From Campylobacterota bacterium (GTDB lineage Bacteria > Campylobacterota > Campylobacteria > Campylobacterales > JAADDX01): a DNA stretch of 48,899 nt. Made by a program: the position numbers and the translations under genes. The notes below the pieces were generated by a model. It was not told the origin of the DNA. It did no database searches and was given only the letters and a program-made list of their open reading frames with translations. Below, in pieces: positions 29,675 through 39,147 of the stretch (position 1 is the stretch's first letter; the number at the start of each line of letters is the position of its first letter). The stretch is from assembly GCA_013153685.1 (NCBI GenBank), contig JAADDX010000072.1, positions 1 to 48,899 on the forward strand. The letters run 5' to 3'.

Positions 29675-32221
29675 TTGAGATTTGCGTATTTGATGGGATT
29701 TTTGTTTTTGTTATTCGTGTTTGTAGCTACTATCTATCCAAGTAGTGCGTTTGTGGGAGAGTATGGGAAATTTCTTGGTGAGAGTAATTTTTTGTTATTT
29801 GGATATATGAGTTTTTTGATACCGTTTTATTTGATGGCAGTTGGATATGCATTTTACAAAAACTTACCAAAGGAAATTTTTGAACAGCTTTTTGCTGTAT
29901 TTCTAGGGATATTAAATATTTTGATACTCCAATCTATGATTTTTCATGTGGGGGTATTTGGAAATTTGTTTGTCGATACTCTACAGCCGCTAATTGGTAT
30001 AATCGGTCTGGTATTATTAGTAATTAGTGCATTTATGTTGATTGGTTTTATGTTCAATATCGATAAGACAACCCAGCTACTAAACAAACTCCAAACCAAA
30101 TCCACAACCAATCCACAACCCGCCCAAACTACCACTTCTCAACATCCACAACACAACAATACTCAAGCACAAACTCCCCCTACTACAGATATCCATCCAC
30201 AAGATACCAACACCGACAACACCGCATCGAGTGCCACTAACACACCACCAAAAGAAGAGACTTCGCACACAGATACACAATCTTCAACATCTCCAAATGC
30301 CACAAAAGATAAATCGAAAGTAGAAGAATATATCAAATCACAAATTGATAACATCAGACATATTGATGAAGATATTATCGAAGAGATACCGCACAACCCT
30401 ACTATCAAAGAGGAAATTAAACAAAAACTCAAAAAGATAGAAGAGATAGAAGAACAAGTCGAGAAGATGTCACAAGAATATCCACAACCGCAAAATCCAG
30501 ATGAGAAAGACACCACACCGCAAGATACCCAAGCCTCATTGGCACAAGAGGAGCTACAAACACCCCAAGATACATCACCCCAAGACATAGCCCAAACAAC
30601 ACAAGACATAACCCAAACAACACAAGACATACAACAACCACAAGACATACAACAACCACAAGAGGATCCACTCCAAGATACACCAATAAACCAAACCACC
30701 CAAACAACTACATCATCAAATACCACTGCACCACAAGCCAAACAAACATCCGCTCTAAATACAAAGGCAATCATCGTAGAAGAGTTGGATGAAAATAAAC
30801 AACTCTTACAAGACGTAGAACAAGGCACTTTTAATAAACCAACCAATTTCCAATTACCACCACTAGATTTTCTAACTCCCCCACCAGCTACACACAGACA
30901 AATCAATGAAGCGGAGATAGATAACAAAATCCAACTCTTACTCAACAAACTTAGAAATTTCAAAATCGATGGGGATGTGGTTAGGACATATACAGGACCG
31001 GTGGTAACTACATTCGAATTTAAGCCCCTAGCACATATCAAAGTGAGTAAAATCTTGAATTTAGCAGATGATTTGGCAATGGCACTAAAAGCATCAAATA
31101 TCCGTATACAAGCCCCTATTCCAGGGAAAGATGTAGTGGGGATAGAGATACCAAACGATGAGATTGAGACTATTTACTTAAGAGAAATTTTAGAGAGCGA
31201 TTTGTTTAAAAACTCTAAAGCACCTTTGGTAATTGCTCTTGGAAAAGATATCGTGGGTAAACCTTTTGTTACTGATTTGGCTAAGCTGCCTCACGTGTTA
31301 ATTGCCGGAACTACGGGAAGTGGAAAGAGTGTCGGAATCAATGCGATGATTTTATCTTTGTTATATCGCAATTCGCCAGATGATTTAAAACTTATGATGA
31401 TTGATCCAAAAATGCTTGAATTTTCGATATACAACGATATCCCACATCTCCTAACGCCGGTAATTACAGAGCCTAAAAAAGCTATAGCCGGACTTAGTAA
31501 TATGGTAAAAGAGATGGAGAGACGATACAAGCTTATGAGTGATGCTAAAGTGAAAAATATAGAAAATTACAATGCTAAATTTTCGGATGATAAAATGCCT
31601 TATATCGTGGTGATTATTGATGAATTGGCTGATTTGATGATGACTGGTGGAAAGGATGTGGAGTATTCGATCGCTAGACTTGCTCAAATGGCAAGAGCTA
31701 GTGGGATACATCTCATAGTAGCGACACAAAGACCAAGTGTGGATGTCGTAACTGGATTGATCAAAGCTAATTTACCAAGTAGAATATCATTTAAAGTAGG
31801 ACAAAAAATCGATAGTAAAGTAGTGCTTGATCAATACGGGGCTGAGAGCTTGCTAGGAAGAGGTGATATGCTCTTTACCCCTCCAGGAAGTAGCACACTT
31901 GTAAGATTGCATGCACCATTTACAACAGAAGAGGAAATTGAAAAAATTGTCGAATTTCTCAAATCACAAAGAGAAGCACAATACGATCACAATTTCCTCT
32001 CAGAACAAATAGATGCAAGCGAAGATGAGTTGACAGATAAAGATGAATTGTTTGATAGAGCCAAGGAAATAGTCCTAAGTGAGAAAAAAACTTCTATTAG
32101 TTATTTACAAAGACGCCTTCAAGTCGGGTATAATCGAGCTGCCAATATTATAGAACAGCTTGAGAGAGCGGGTATCTTATCACCGGCTAATGCCAAAGGA
32201 CAAAGAGAGATTTTGGTATGA
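29675..32221 (+). CDS. ftsK: DNA translocase FtsK
   Basis: N-terminal TM helices, a long Q/T/P-rich linker, a motor domain with Walker A GTTGSGKSV and VIIDELADLM, and a C-terminal gamma wHTH (SISYLQRRLQVGYNRAANIIEQLE). TTG start follows AAGGAG. Confidence 0.95.
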   Translation: MRFAYLMGFLFLLFVFVATIYPSSAFVGEYGKFLGESNFLLFGYMSFLIPFYLMAVGYAFYKNLPKEIFEQLFAVFLGILNILILQSMIFHVGVFGNLFVDTLQPLIGIIGLVLLVISAFMLIGFMFNIDKTTQLLNKLQTKSTTNPQPAQTTTSQHPQHNNTQAQTPPTTDIHPQDTNTDNTASSATNTPPKEETSHTDTQSSTSPNATKDKSKVEEYIKSQIDNIRHIDEDIIEEIPHNPTIKEEIKQKLKKIEEIEEQVEKMSQEYPQPQNPDEKDTTPQDTQASLAQEELQTPQDTSPQDIAQTTQDITQTTQDIQQPQDIQQPQEDPLQDTPINQTTQTTTSSNTTAPQAKQTSALNTKAIIVEELDENKQLLQDVEQGTFNKPTNFQLPPLDFLTPPPATHRQINEAEIDNKIQLLLNKLRNFKIDGDVVRTYTGPVVTTFEFKPLAHIKVSKILNLADDLAMALKASNIRIQAPIPGKDVVGIEIPNDEIETIYLREILESDLFKNSKAPLVIALGKDIVGKPFVTDLAKLPHVLIAGTTGSGKSVGINAMILSLLYRNSPDDLKLMMIDPKMLEFSIYNDIPHLLTPVITEPKKAIAGLSNMVKEMERRYKLMSDAKVKNIENYNAKFSDDKMPYIVVIIDELADLMMTGGKDVEYSIARLAQMARASGIHLIVATQRPSVDVVTGLIKANLPSRISFKVGQKIDSKVVLDQYGAESLLGRGDMLFTPPGSSTLVRLHAPFTTEEEIEKIVEFLKSQREAQYDHNFLSEQIDASEDELTDKDELFDRAKEIVLSEKKTSISYLQRRLQVGYNRAANIIEQLERAGILSPANAKGQREILV
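30581..30658 (+). repeat. In-frame tandem repeats inside the ftsK linker (2 x 21 nt followed by 2 x 18 nt)
   Basis: caagacatagcccaaacaaca (30581..30601) and caagacataacccaaacaaca (30602..30622) differ at 1 base. They are followed by two identical copies of caagacatacaacaacca (30623..30640 and 30641..30658). Together they encode QDI(A/T)QTT and QDIQQP units. Confidence 0.9.
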
Positions 32222-32847
32222 TATATTTGCTTAGCAATCAGTCGTATGATGGGGTAATTAATCTACCATCTATCAAGATAGAATTTATACAAAAGCCTAT
32301 CGAGCTGGATGTAGATTATCTACTCTTCACATCTAAAAACGGTGTGATTGGACTGGATCAAAATACCGATAATTGGCAAAAAATCCCAGCCCTTTGTATA
32401 GGTGAGGCTACAGCTAACAAAGTAAAAGAATTAGGTGGAGAGGTGAGATACGTAGCTAAGAAAAATTATGGTGATGAGTTTGCCAAAGAGATAATTACAC
32501 ACATCCCTCCATCGCGAATTTTATTTCCCAAAGCCAAGGAAATTGTATCTGATATAGTAAATATACTACAAAATGCAAATTTCCTCATCAAAGAGGAAGT
32601 CGTATACCACACTATATGCAACACCATCTCATCTATTCCGGATGAAGGGATATTTATATTCACCTCCCCTTCAACTGTAAAATGCTTTTTAAAACAAGTT
32701 ACATGGAAAGATACATATCAAGCCATCGCAATAGGAGAAAAAACAGCTCAAGCATTTCCGCACCAAAATATTATCGTATCTGCTACCCAAAGTATCACAG
32801 CATGTATAAAAATAGCAAAAAATTTACTCCAAACGCAAAAAAGATGA
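32218..32847 (+). CDS. hemD: Uroporphyrinogen-III synthase
   Basis: About 210 aa with LLFTSKNGV and IFTSPSTVK repeats of the HEM4 fold. Weakly conserved family, so only moderate confidence. Confidence 0.6.
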   Translation: MIYLLSNQSYDGVINLPSIKIEFIQKPIELDVDYLLFTSKNGVIGLDQNTDNWQKIPALCIGEATANKVKELGGEVRYVAKKNYGDEFAKEIITHIPPSRILFPKAKEIVSDIVNILQNANFLIKEEVVYHTICNTISSIPDEGIFIFTSPSTVKCFLKQVTWKDTYQAIAIGEKTAQAFPHQNIIVSATQSITACIKIAKNLLQTQKR

Positions 32848-32853
32848 TATAAT
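32845..32853 (+). promoter_or_regulatory. Putative extended -10 promoter (TGATATAAT) for the NIT-domain MCP
   Basis: Exact TGnTATAAT whose TGA is the hemD stop codon, 29 nt upstream of the MCP ATG. Confidence 0.5.
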
Positions 32854-32881
32854 TATGCCACTTATCTTTTAAGGAAGAGAC

Positions 32882-34882
32882 ATGAATGCATTATTAGAAT
32901 TTACAAAAAGGTTTACTATTAGACAAAAGCTTTTGGGTGTTGTTGTTTTTGTATCAGTATTATTGATTTTTAATATCACAAGAACGCTCATTGATGCTAT
33001 TGAACACAAACATCAGATGGATAAATTACACGATCTTGTAACACTCTCTGCTAAAATCTCTCTTTTATTGCACGAAACACAAAAAGAAAGAGGAGCAAGT
33101 GCCGGGTATTTGGGAAGTAAAGGGAAAAAATTTGCAGATATTTTACCCAAACAAAGAGCCTTGACCGATAAGCGATATGCGGAATTCAAAGAAACATTAC
33201 ACAAAATCAAACTAAAAGCGATGGGCGATGAACTACAAAATACAATCAACATCGTCCTTAAACGGATAGATAATCTTACAAAAATCAGAAAAGAAGTAGA
33301 TAAATTTCAGATATCTCTTAAAGAGACAGTAAAATATTACACCAAAACCAATGCGTATTTACTCAAAATAGTAGAAAAATCAACCAACCTAGCTCAAAAC
33401 GTAGTATTAGCAAAAGCACTAAATACATACGTAAATTTCCTCAAATCAAAAGAGAGAGCTGGGATTGAGAGGGCTGTATTATCGGCAACTTTTGGACTTA
33501 ATAAATGGAAGAAGGGATTGTATGCCAAATTTATCACACTACTTGCAGAACAAAAAAGTTATCTGGATGCGAGTATGACTACGGCTACTCCATATATCAA
33601 AAACTTCTACAAAAAGACAATGAACTCTCCTGTAGTTAAAAAAGTAGAACAAATGGAGGAGATAGCCAAAACAAAAACGGCTAATTTTGGTGTGAACCCA
33701 GTATACTGGTTCAAAACAATTACCAAAAAAATCAACTTACTTAAAAAAGTAGATGATGAGATGAGCAAATATAACTTTACACTTCTCAAACAAATCAAAC
33801 AAGAAAATTTCGATAATTTATTGTTTAACATCGGATTATTGCTATTTTCGACACTATTTGTGGTAATTCCTCTGCATATTTTACAATATCAACTTATCTC
33901 AGATATCAAAAGAACTCAAGAGGAGCTTGATGAAATCACAAATTCTCTGGATCTAACCAAAAAACTTACGGTATCTGGAAATGATGAAATAGCTCAAATT
34001 AATAACCATATCAATAAATTCTTAGATACCATTAGAGAGTTGCTAAGCAATCTCAAAGAGGAAGTAAATACACTAAATGATATCTCAGAAAAAACTTCAC
34101 AAGAATTTGAGGTTCTAACAGAGGTAGTAGAAGTGCAAAAAGAAACAGTAAATAATATTGCACATGAAACTAACTCTATCCAAGATGATATCACCGGTGC
34201 AGAAGAGAAAGTAATCGATACGTCAGATAAATTGGAAATTGCTTATGAGTCACTTGATAAAATGATACAGACGTTGAATGTAGTAAGCCAAGGAATCATA
34301 GAAAATTCAGAAGAAGAGCTAAATGTAGCCAATTCGGTAACAGCCCTAGCAGAGCAATCTCAACAAATCAATAGTGTTGTAAACATCATCAAAGAGATAG
34401 CCGAACAAACAAATCTACTCGCACTCAATGCTACAATAGAAGCTGCAAGGGCTGGTGAAGCCGGTAGAGGATTTGCGGTAGTTGCTGATGAAGTAAGAAA
34501 ACTAGCAGAGAGAACGCAAAAATCGATCGTGGAAATTGAGAGCGTAATCCAGATTATTATCCAGTCGGTATCAAATATCGAAGGGGAAATGACTGACTTA
34601 AGCGAAGATGCAGAAAAAGTAGCGGAAATTACTAAAGAGTTGATTGACTTTGCGGATGATACGAAACAAAGCACCCTTACTAGTATTGAGACATCAAGAC
34701 AAGCTGCAAGCCAAACTACCAAAATCAACTTTACCGTTAGAAAGCTATTATCACTATCAAGAAGCACACTAGATAAAACTACCAACCTAGATACGGTAGC
34801 TCATACACTCAATCTCATTGCACATGAATCACAAAAAATTGCAGATACGTTGGATAAGGAAATTCAAAAATTCAAAGTTTAA
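32882..34882 (+). CDS. Methyl-accepting chemotaxis protein with periplasmic NIT (nitrate/nitrite-sensing) domain
   Basis: An N-terminal TM helix is followed by [35 protein letters not shown] (NIT signature). A second TM helix and a coiled-coil region follow. The signalling domain carries [38 protein letters not shown]. Confidence 0.88.
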   Translation: MNALLEFTKRFTIRQKLLGVVVFVSVLLIFNITRTLIDAIEHKHQMDKLHDLVTLSAKISLLLHETQKERGASAGYLGSKGKKFADILPKQRALTDKRYAEFKETLHKIKLKAMGDELQNTINIVLKRIDNLTKIRKEVDKFQISLKETVKYYTKTNAYLLKIVEKSTNLAQNVVLAKALNTYVNFLKSKERAGIERAVLSATFGLNKWKKGLYAKFITLLAEQKSYLDASMTTATPYIKNFYKKTMNSPVVKKVEQMEEIAKTKTANFGVNPVYWFKTITKKINLLKKVDDEMSKYNFTLLKQIKQENFDNLLFNIGLLLFSTLFVVIPLHILQYQLISDIKRTQEELDEITNSLDLTKKLTVSGNDEIAQINNHINKFLDTIRELLSNLKEEVNTLNDISEKTSQEFEVLTEVVEVQKETVNNIAHETNSIQDDITGAEEKVIDTSDKLEIAYESLDKMIQTLNVVSQGIIENSEEELNVANSVTALAEQSQQINSVVNIIKEIAEQTNLLALNATIEAARAGEAGRGFAVVADEVRKLAERTQKSIVEIESVIQIIIQSVSNIEGEMTDLSEDAEKVAEITKELIDFADDTKQSTLTSIETSRQAASQTTKINFTVRKLLSLSRSTLDKTTNLDTVAHTLNLIAHESQKIADTLDKEIQKFKV

Positions 34883-35439
34883 TTTCCCTCCAACTCACTT
34901 CTTAACAAATCCAAGTTGGGCTTAGAGCCTCGCAAGACATATCTTATTCCATCATCAAATGCTCTATCGATAATTTCAATATTGTATTTGTTGGCTAAAT
35001 ATTCACATCTACTAATTTGTTCATAACTCAATGTCATTATTTCCTCTACAAGCTCTTCGTATGGGATTAGTGTAGCATTAGCCACAGCTAGATTAGCACT
35101 ATCGCTATACGCTCTAACAAGCCCACCAGCACCTAATAATGTCCCACCAAAATATCTAACTGTAATAATACCGACATTAATTAAATCATGCCCTTGTAGG
35201 ACTTTGAGAGTGGGCTTGCCGCTTGTGCCTTTTGGTTCGCCATCATCACTGCTTCCTTCTACGATTTGCTTATATTCATTTAGATACCTAAAAGCAGTTA
35301 CGAAATGGCGAGCTTTGGGATGGGCTGATTTGAGTTGTTGTAGTTTAGTTGCAAATGATTCGTAAGGTACCAAAAAGGAATGAAATTTGGATTTTTTGAC
35401 TTCTATAGTGGCAGCACAAGGGGATGTGATTGTATACAT
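34879..35439 (-). CDS. YigZ / IMPACT family protein
   Basis: EVKKSKFHSFLVPYES, HPKARHFVTAFRY, DDGEPKGTSGKP and the VRYFGGTLLGAGGL pattern. The ATG at 35439 overlaps the lpxD TGA by 1 nt. Confidence 0.75.
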   Translation of the reverse strand: MYTITSPCAATIEVKKSKFHSFLVPYESFATKLQQLKSAHPKARHFVTAFRYLNEYKQIVEGSSDDGEPKGTSGKPTLKVLQGHDLINVGIITVRYFGGTLLGAGGLVRAYSDSANLAVANATLIPYEELVEEIMTLSYEQISRCEYLANKYNIEIIDRAFDDGIRYVLRGSKPNLDLLRSELEGN

Positions 35440-36383
35440 CACTTCACTAACCCTAGGATTTTGGCTTGTAGTTTTAACCACAGTTTATGTGGTATAAGCG
35501 GAAATCCAGCATATACTCCACTTTCTTTGATAGTTTTTGTTACACCGCCTCTAGCTGCTATTTGAGTAAAAGGAGCGATCTCCAAATGACCTGCGGTAGC
35601 TGCTTGACCTCCCATTACGACATTTCGCCCAAGCTTACTACTCCCCGCAAGTCCGACTTGAGATACAATAATACAATACTCCCCTATTTCACAATTATGT
35701 CCAATCTGCACCAAATTATCTATTTTGGCACCCTTTTTTATAAGTGTCTTACCAAAAGCACCTCTATCAATAGAACTATTAGCACCGATTTCCACATCAT
35801 CTTCTAGCACCACAGCACCCAAGTGATAAATCTTGACATGTTCACCTTGGCTAGTGTGTGCATACCCAAATCCATCGCCACCTATTACATTACCAGCATG
35901 AATAATAACATTTTTGCCAATTTGTGTATCTGGATATATCGTTACATTGGGGTAGATAATACTACCTTCTTGTATGGTTACATTATGCATAATCACACTA
36001 TTATCCATAATCACTACATTATCCGCTATTTTAGAGCCGTTATGAATGACTACGTTTTTGCCTATTTTTGCACTATCAGAGATGGTGGGTTTGGGAAGAT
36101 TGGTATAGTCTTTTACGAAATATTTAGTTAGTTGTGCCATTTTCAAATAAGGGTGAGATGTGATTAAAGCCACGGTATTTTGCGGAAGATACTTAACAAA
36201 CTCTTCTTGTAAGATTACAGCACCGGCTTTGGTAGTTTGGAGTTTGTCTAGGTATTTTTTGTTATTAAAAAACGTAATCTCATCCTCCTTTGCTTCAAGC
36301 AAAGTATTCATCGCCTTAATATCAACATCTTTATCTGTATTTAATTCAATCTCCAAAATATCCGCAATTTCTTTTAACTTCAT
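35439..36383 (-). CDS. lpxD: UDP-3-O-acylglucosamine N-acyltransferase
   Basis: The N-terminal MKLKEIADIL domain is followed by many left-handed beta-helix hexapeptide repeats, and the size is about 315 aa. Confidence 0.9.
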   Translation of the reverse strand: MKLKEIADILEIELNTDKDVDIKAMNTLLEAKEDEITFFNNKKYLDKLQTTKAGAVILQEEFVKYLPQNTVALITSHPYLKMAQLTKYFVKDYTNLPKPTISDSAKIGKNVVIHNGSKIADNVVIMDNSVIMHNVTIQEGSIIYPNVTIYPDTQIGKNVIIHAGNVIGGDGFGYAHTSQGEHVKIYHLGAVVLEDDVEIGANSSIDRGAFGKTLIKKGAKIDNLVQIGHNCEIGEYCIIVSQVGLAGSSKLGRNVVMGGQAATAGHLEIAPFTQIAARGGVTKTIKESGVYAGFPLIPHKLWLKLQAKILGLVK

Positions 36384-36416
36384 ACTCTTCCTTTATTTAT
36401 ACATTAGATGGCATAA

Positions 36417-37271
36417 TTATACCATGTTATTTGTATTCATTGGATGATATTTCTTCACCGTTTGCAATAAATTATCTTTTTGGATATGAGTGTATATCTG
36501 GGTAGTAAGCAAACTAGCATGACCGAGCAATTCTTGCACTACCCTCAAATCAGCCCCACCAAGCACCAAAGAAGTAGCAAATGAATGTCTTAGCACGTGT
36601 GGTGATACGTTGAGATACTTTTTGGTGATTTTAAAAGCACTAACTCGTGAGAGAGGTTTACATCTACTATTCACAAACAAATAATCACTCACGCACTCTC
36701 TTTTTTGCAAATATTCATCCAGCACTTTTAGTGCAATCGGTGCTATTGGCACTAACCTTTGCTTGTCTCTTTTGGCATTTCTTACTCTAATCCACCCATC
36801 CTCAATATCCTCTTTTTTGGCATTCATTGCTTCACTCACCCTCAATCCAGTCGCATAAATAAACAAAATCAACGCCTTATCACGCAATCCCAGCCAATTA
36901 GAAGTATCAATCGATTCAACCGCACGCTCAATCTCCTCATTACTTAGAAATTTTGGCAAAGTTTTAGGCGGTTTGAGCTGTGGAATATGCAATTTATCAC
37001 TCACCCAATCTTCTTTGTAAGCAAATTTAAAAAACGCGTTGATACTTGAGAGCTTTCTGTTGAGTGTGCGTTGATTGAGAATATTATCATGATCAGTTTT
37101 TTTAATACTACTTAAAAACTCAATCACATCATCACTTGTAGCCCTAATCACACTCTTTTGCAAAAAATCCTCAAATTGCATCAAATCAGCTTTGTAAGAT
37201 TCTATACTTTTAGGGGATAATCCTCTAATCACAATCAAATATTCAATAAAAGCTTCAAGTTCTTTGCTCAT
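36417..37271 (-). CDS. Tyrosine-type site-specific recombinase (Xer-like)
   Basis: N-terminal SAM-like core-binding domain. Catalytic residues are in ATGLRVSE, HVLRHSFAT, LLGH and QIYTH. Confidence 0.85.
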   Translation of the reverse strand: MSKELEAFIEYLIVIRGLSPKSIESYKADLMQFEDFLQKSVIRATSDDVIEFLSSIKKTDHDNILNQRTLNRKLSSINAFFKFAYKEDWVSDKLHIPQLKPPKTLPKFLSNEEIERAVESIDTSNWLGLRDKALILFIYATGLRVSEAMNAKKEDIEDGWIRVRNAKRDKQRLVPIAPIALKVLDEYLQKRECVSDYLFVNSRCKPLSRVSAFKITKKYLNVSPHVLRHSFATSLVLGGADLRVVQELLGHASLLTTQIYTHIQKDNLLQTVKKYHPMNTNNMV

Positions 37272-37801
37272 ACGAACTCTCTTAGGTGTTTTTTGATACG
37301 AAATTTATTGTGAAGATAATCTTTTTGGTAATTTAGATTGAGTAATTCATCTTGGGTTATTGCAATGGTTTTTTTATCAATTTTTGGTGAGAAGTTGTTA
37401 TTTTTGATATTTTGATTGAGTTTTTTGACATCTTTATAGGTATACACGCCAAAAAACGAATGAACAATAGCTTGTGATTTGATGATCTGTTTAATCGAAT
37501 CTAATGATACCAAAGGCATATCCACCGGCATTACAAAAACCGTGTGATACTTTAGTATCGCTCGTCTTAAGGCATAAATAGGCAAGTATTGTCTATACGA
37601 ATCATACAAAATATTTGCACGGAAATCGAATTTATCTCTTTTAGTCGAGATATAAACTTTTTTGAATAATTTTGATAATTTCCTGTATTGATAAAAGCTT
37701 AATGATTTATCTAATATCTTCAATCTAGATTTATCTTTTTTAAACCTACTACTTGCTCCACCGGCTAATAATATTGCCGCAATATCACTTTTCTCTCTCA
37801 T
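37268..37801 (-). CDS. mobA: Molybdenum cofactor guanylyltransferase (MobA-like)
   Basis: ILLAGGASSRFKKDKS nucleotide-binding motif near the N-terminus when started at ATG 37801. Divergent elsewhere. Confidence 0.65.
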   Translation of the reverse strand: MREKSDIAAILLAGGASSRFKKDKSRLKILDKSLSFYQYRKLSKLFKKVYISTKRDKFDFRANILYDSYRQYLPIYALRRAILKYHTVFVMPVDMPLVSLDSIKQIIKSQAIVHSFFGVYTYKDVKKLNQNIKNNNFSPKIDKKTIAITQDELLNLNYQKDYLHNKFRIKKHLREFV

Positions 37802-38258
37802 AAGTTCCGCTCTTACCGCCACTTTTATGTAAAAGTCTGATATCACTAATTACCATCCCTCTATCTATCGCTTTTGCCATATCGTAAATTGTAGCCAAAC
37901 CGATACAACAAGCGGTAATAGCTTCCATCTCAATACCGGTTTTTGCCGTAGTTGTCGCAGTTACTATCAGTTCAAACCCTTCTTCAAATTCCTCTATTTC
38001 CACATCCACACCGTCAATCAAAATATTATGACACATTGGGATTAGCTCACTTGTCTTTTTGCTCGCCATAATCGCACCTATAATAGCTGTTTGCAACACT
38101 GCACCCTTTTTGAGGTTATCGTCTTTAATACGCTGTTTGGTTTGTGGTTGCATATATATCTTACCAGCTACTTTTGCGATTCTTTTGGTGATATCTTTGT
38201 GAGTGACATTTACCATTTTTGGATTGCTATTAGCATTTAAGTGGGTTAATTCAGACAT
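37785..38258 (-). CDS. moaC: Cyclic pyranopterin monophosphate synthase accessory protein
   Basis: MVNVTHK, IPMCH, KTGIEMEA and MAKAID motifs; 157 aa. Confidence 0.93.
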   Translation of the reverse strand: MSELTHLNANSNPKMVNVTHKDITKRIAKVAGKIYMQPQTKQRIKDDNLKKGAVLQTAIIGAIMASKKTSELIPMCHNILIDGVDVEIEEFEEGFELIVTATTTAKTGIEMEAITACCIGLATIYDMAKAIDRGMVISDIRLLHKSGGKSGTYEREK

Positions 38259-38259
38259 T

Positions 38260-39147
38260 TTATCTCCTTTTTAATCGAACATAACATCTTATAGGTGGAG
38301 GGTATCCTTCTACCGTTTTAGAGCCATCAGCTACTAAAAAATCATTCAAACTCTCCCCTTCTATCCATTGAGTCTTTCGTTGTTCGTTAGTGGTAGTTGG
38401 GCTTATTTCTAATACTTCAAATTCAGTAAATTTGGCCATTTCAGCCCAATTTTGTAATGCTTTGATTGTAGGGATAAAATACACGTTTCTCATTTTGGCA
38501 TATCGAATAGGTGTGAGGGCTACTGGCTCATCACCTTGGATAATAAAAGTATCGATAATCGCCTCCCCATCCTCTTTTAGTGCAAGTTTAAGTTGTTTGA
38601 GCATACCGATAGGGTCACTCCTATGATACAACACCCCAAGACAAAATATAGTATCAAATTTCTCCTCATACATCGGTAAATGTTCCACGCCTAACAATTC
38701 ATAATGCAATTTATCACTTTTGATAAAATGGTTAATAAAGCGAAATTGAAGATTAAAAAGAGCCATAGGATCAAATCCGACCACTTTTTTAGGGTTTTGA
38801 GTGAGCATACGAAACATATAATACCCATTATTACACCCCACATCAGCTACTACTTTATCGCTTAGATTAAAATGTTTTTGGAGAAGATTGTATTTCATGA
38901 AGCTTTGCCATTCGCTATCGATAAACACATCACCGATCCTAAATGGTCCTTTACGCCATGGCATCAGTGCCTTGGCCACACGTAACACTTCATCGTCAAA
39001 TTCACCATCCACACCGACTACATCATCAAGTATAATATTATCAATCTTGTATTCTTTGAGGTTAGATACCATCTGATATAAAGGTGCGATATTTTTAAAT
39101 GTAAATTGTCTTTGTTTCTCAAGACGGATTTGGTCTAACGCACTCAC
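38260..39147 (-). CDS. cmoB: tRNA U34 carboxymethyltransferase
   Basis: LMPWRKGPF, the VADVGCNNGYY methyltransferase motif and CLGVLYHRSDP. The GTG start overlaps the fabH TAG by 1 nt. Confidence 0.85.
   Translation of the reverse strand: MSALDQIRLEKQRQFTFKNIAPLYQMVSNLKEYKIDNIILDDVVGVDGEFDDEVLRVAKALMPWRKGPFRIGDVFIDSEWQSFMKYNLLQKHFNLSDKVVADVGCNNGYYMFRMLTQNPKKVVGFDPMALFNLQFRFINHFIKSDKLHYELLGVEHLPMYEEKFDTIFCLGVLYHRSDPIGMLKQLKLALKEDGEAIIDTFIIQGDEPVALTPIRYAKMRNVYFIPTIKALQNWAEMAKFTEFEVLEISPTTTNEQRKTQWIEGESLNDFLVADGSKTVEGYPPPIRCYVRLKRR

Noticed and set aside
30581-30658. Possible CRISPR-like or other non-coding repeat array
   Set aside because: The units are contiguous with no spacers, only 18-21 nt long, in frame, and inside the ftsK coding sequence. 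No cas genes are present. They are coding tandem repeats.
30163-31041. 292-aa minus-strand ORF, plus smaller ones at 30080..30280 and 30429..30707, antisense to ftsK
   Set aside because: It lies wholly inside the ftsK low-complexity linker. The product is C/V/S/G-rich nonsense mirroring the Q/T/P codons, with no RBS. It is an artefact of compositional skew.
36417-37271. Tyrosine recombinase as the integrase of a mobile element or prophage
   Set aside because: Both flanks are core genes in the same operon with overlapping or near-abutting boundaries. There are no repeats, tRNA target or cargo genes, so it is treated as a chromosomal Xer-like enzyme.
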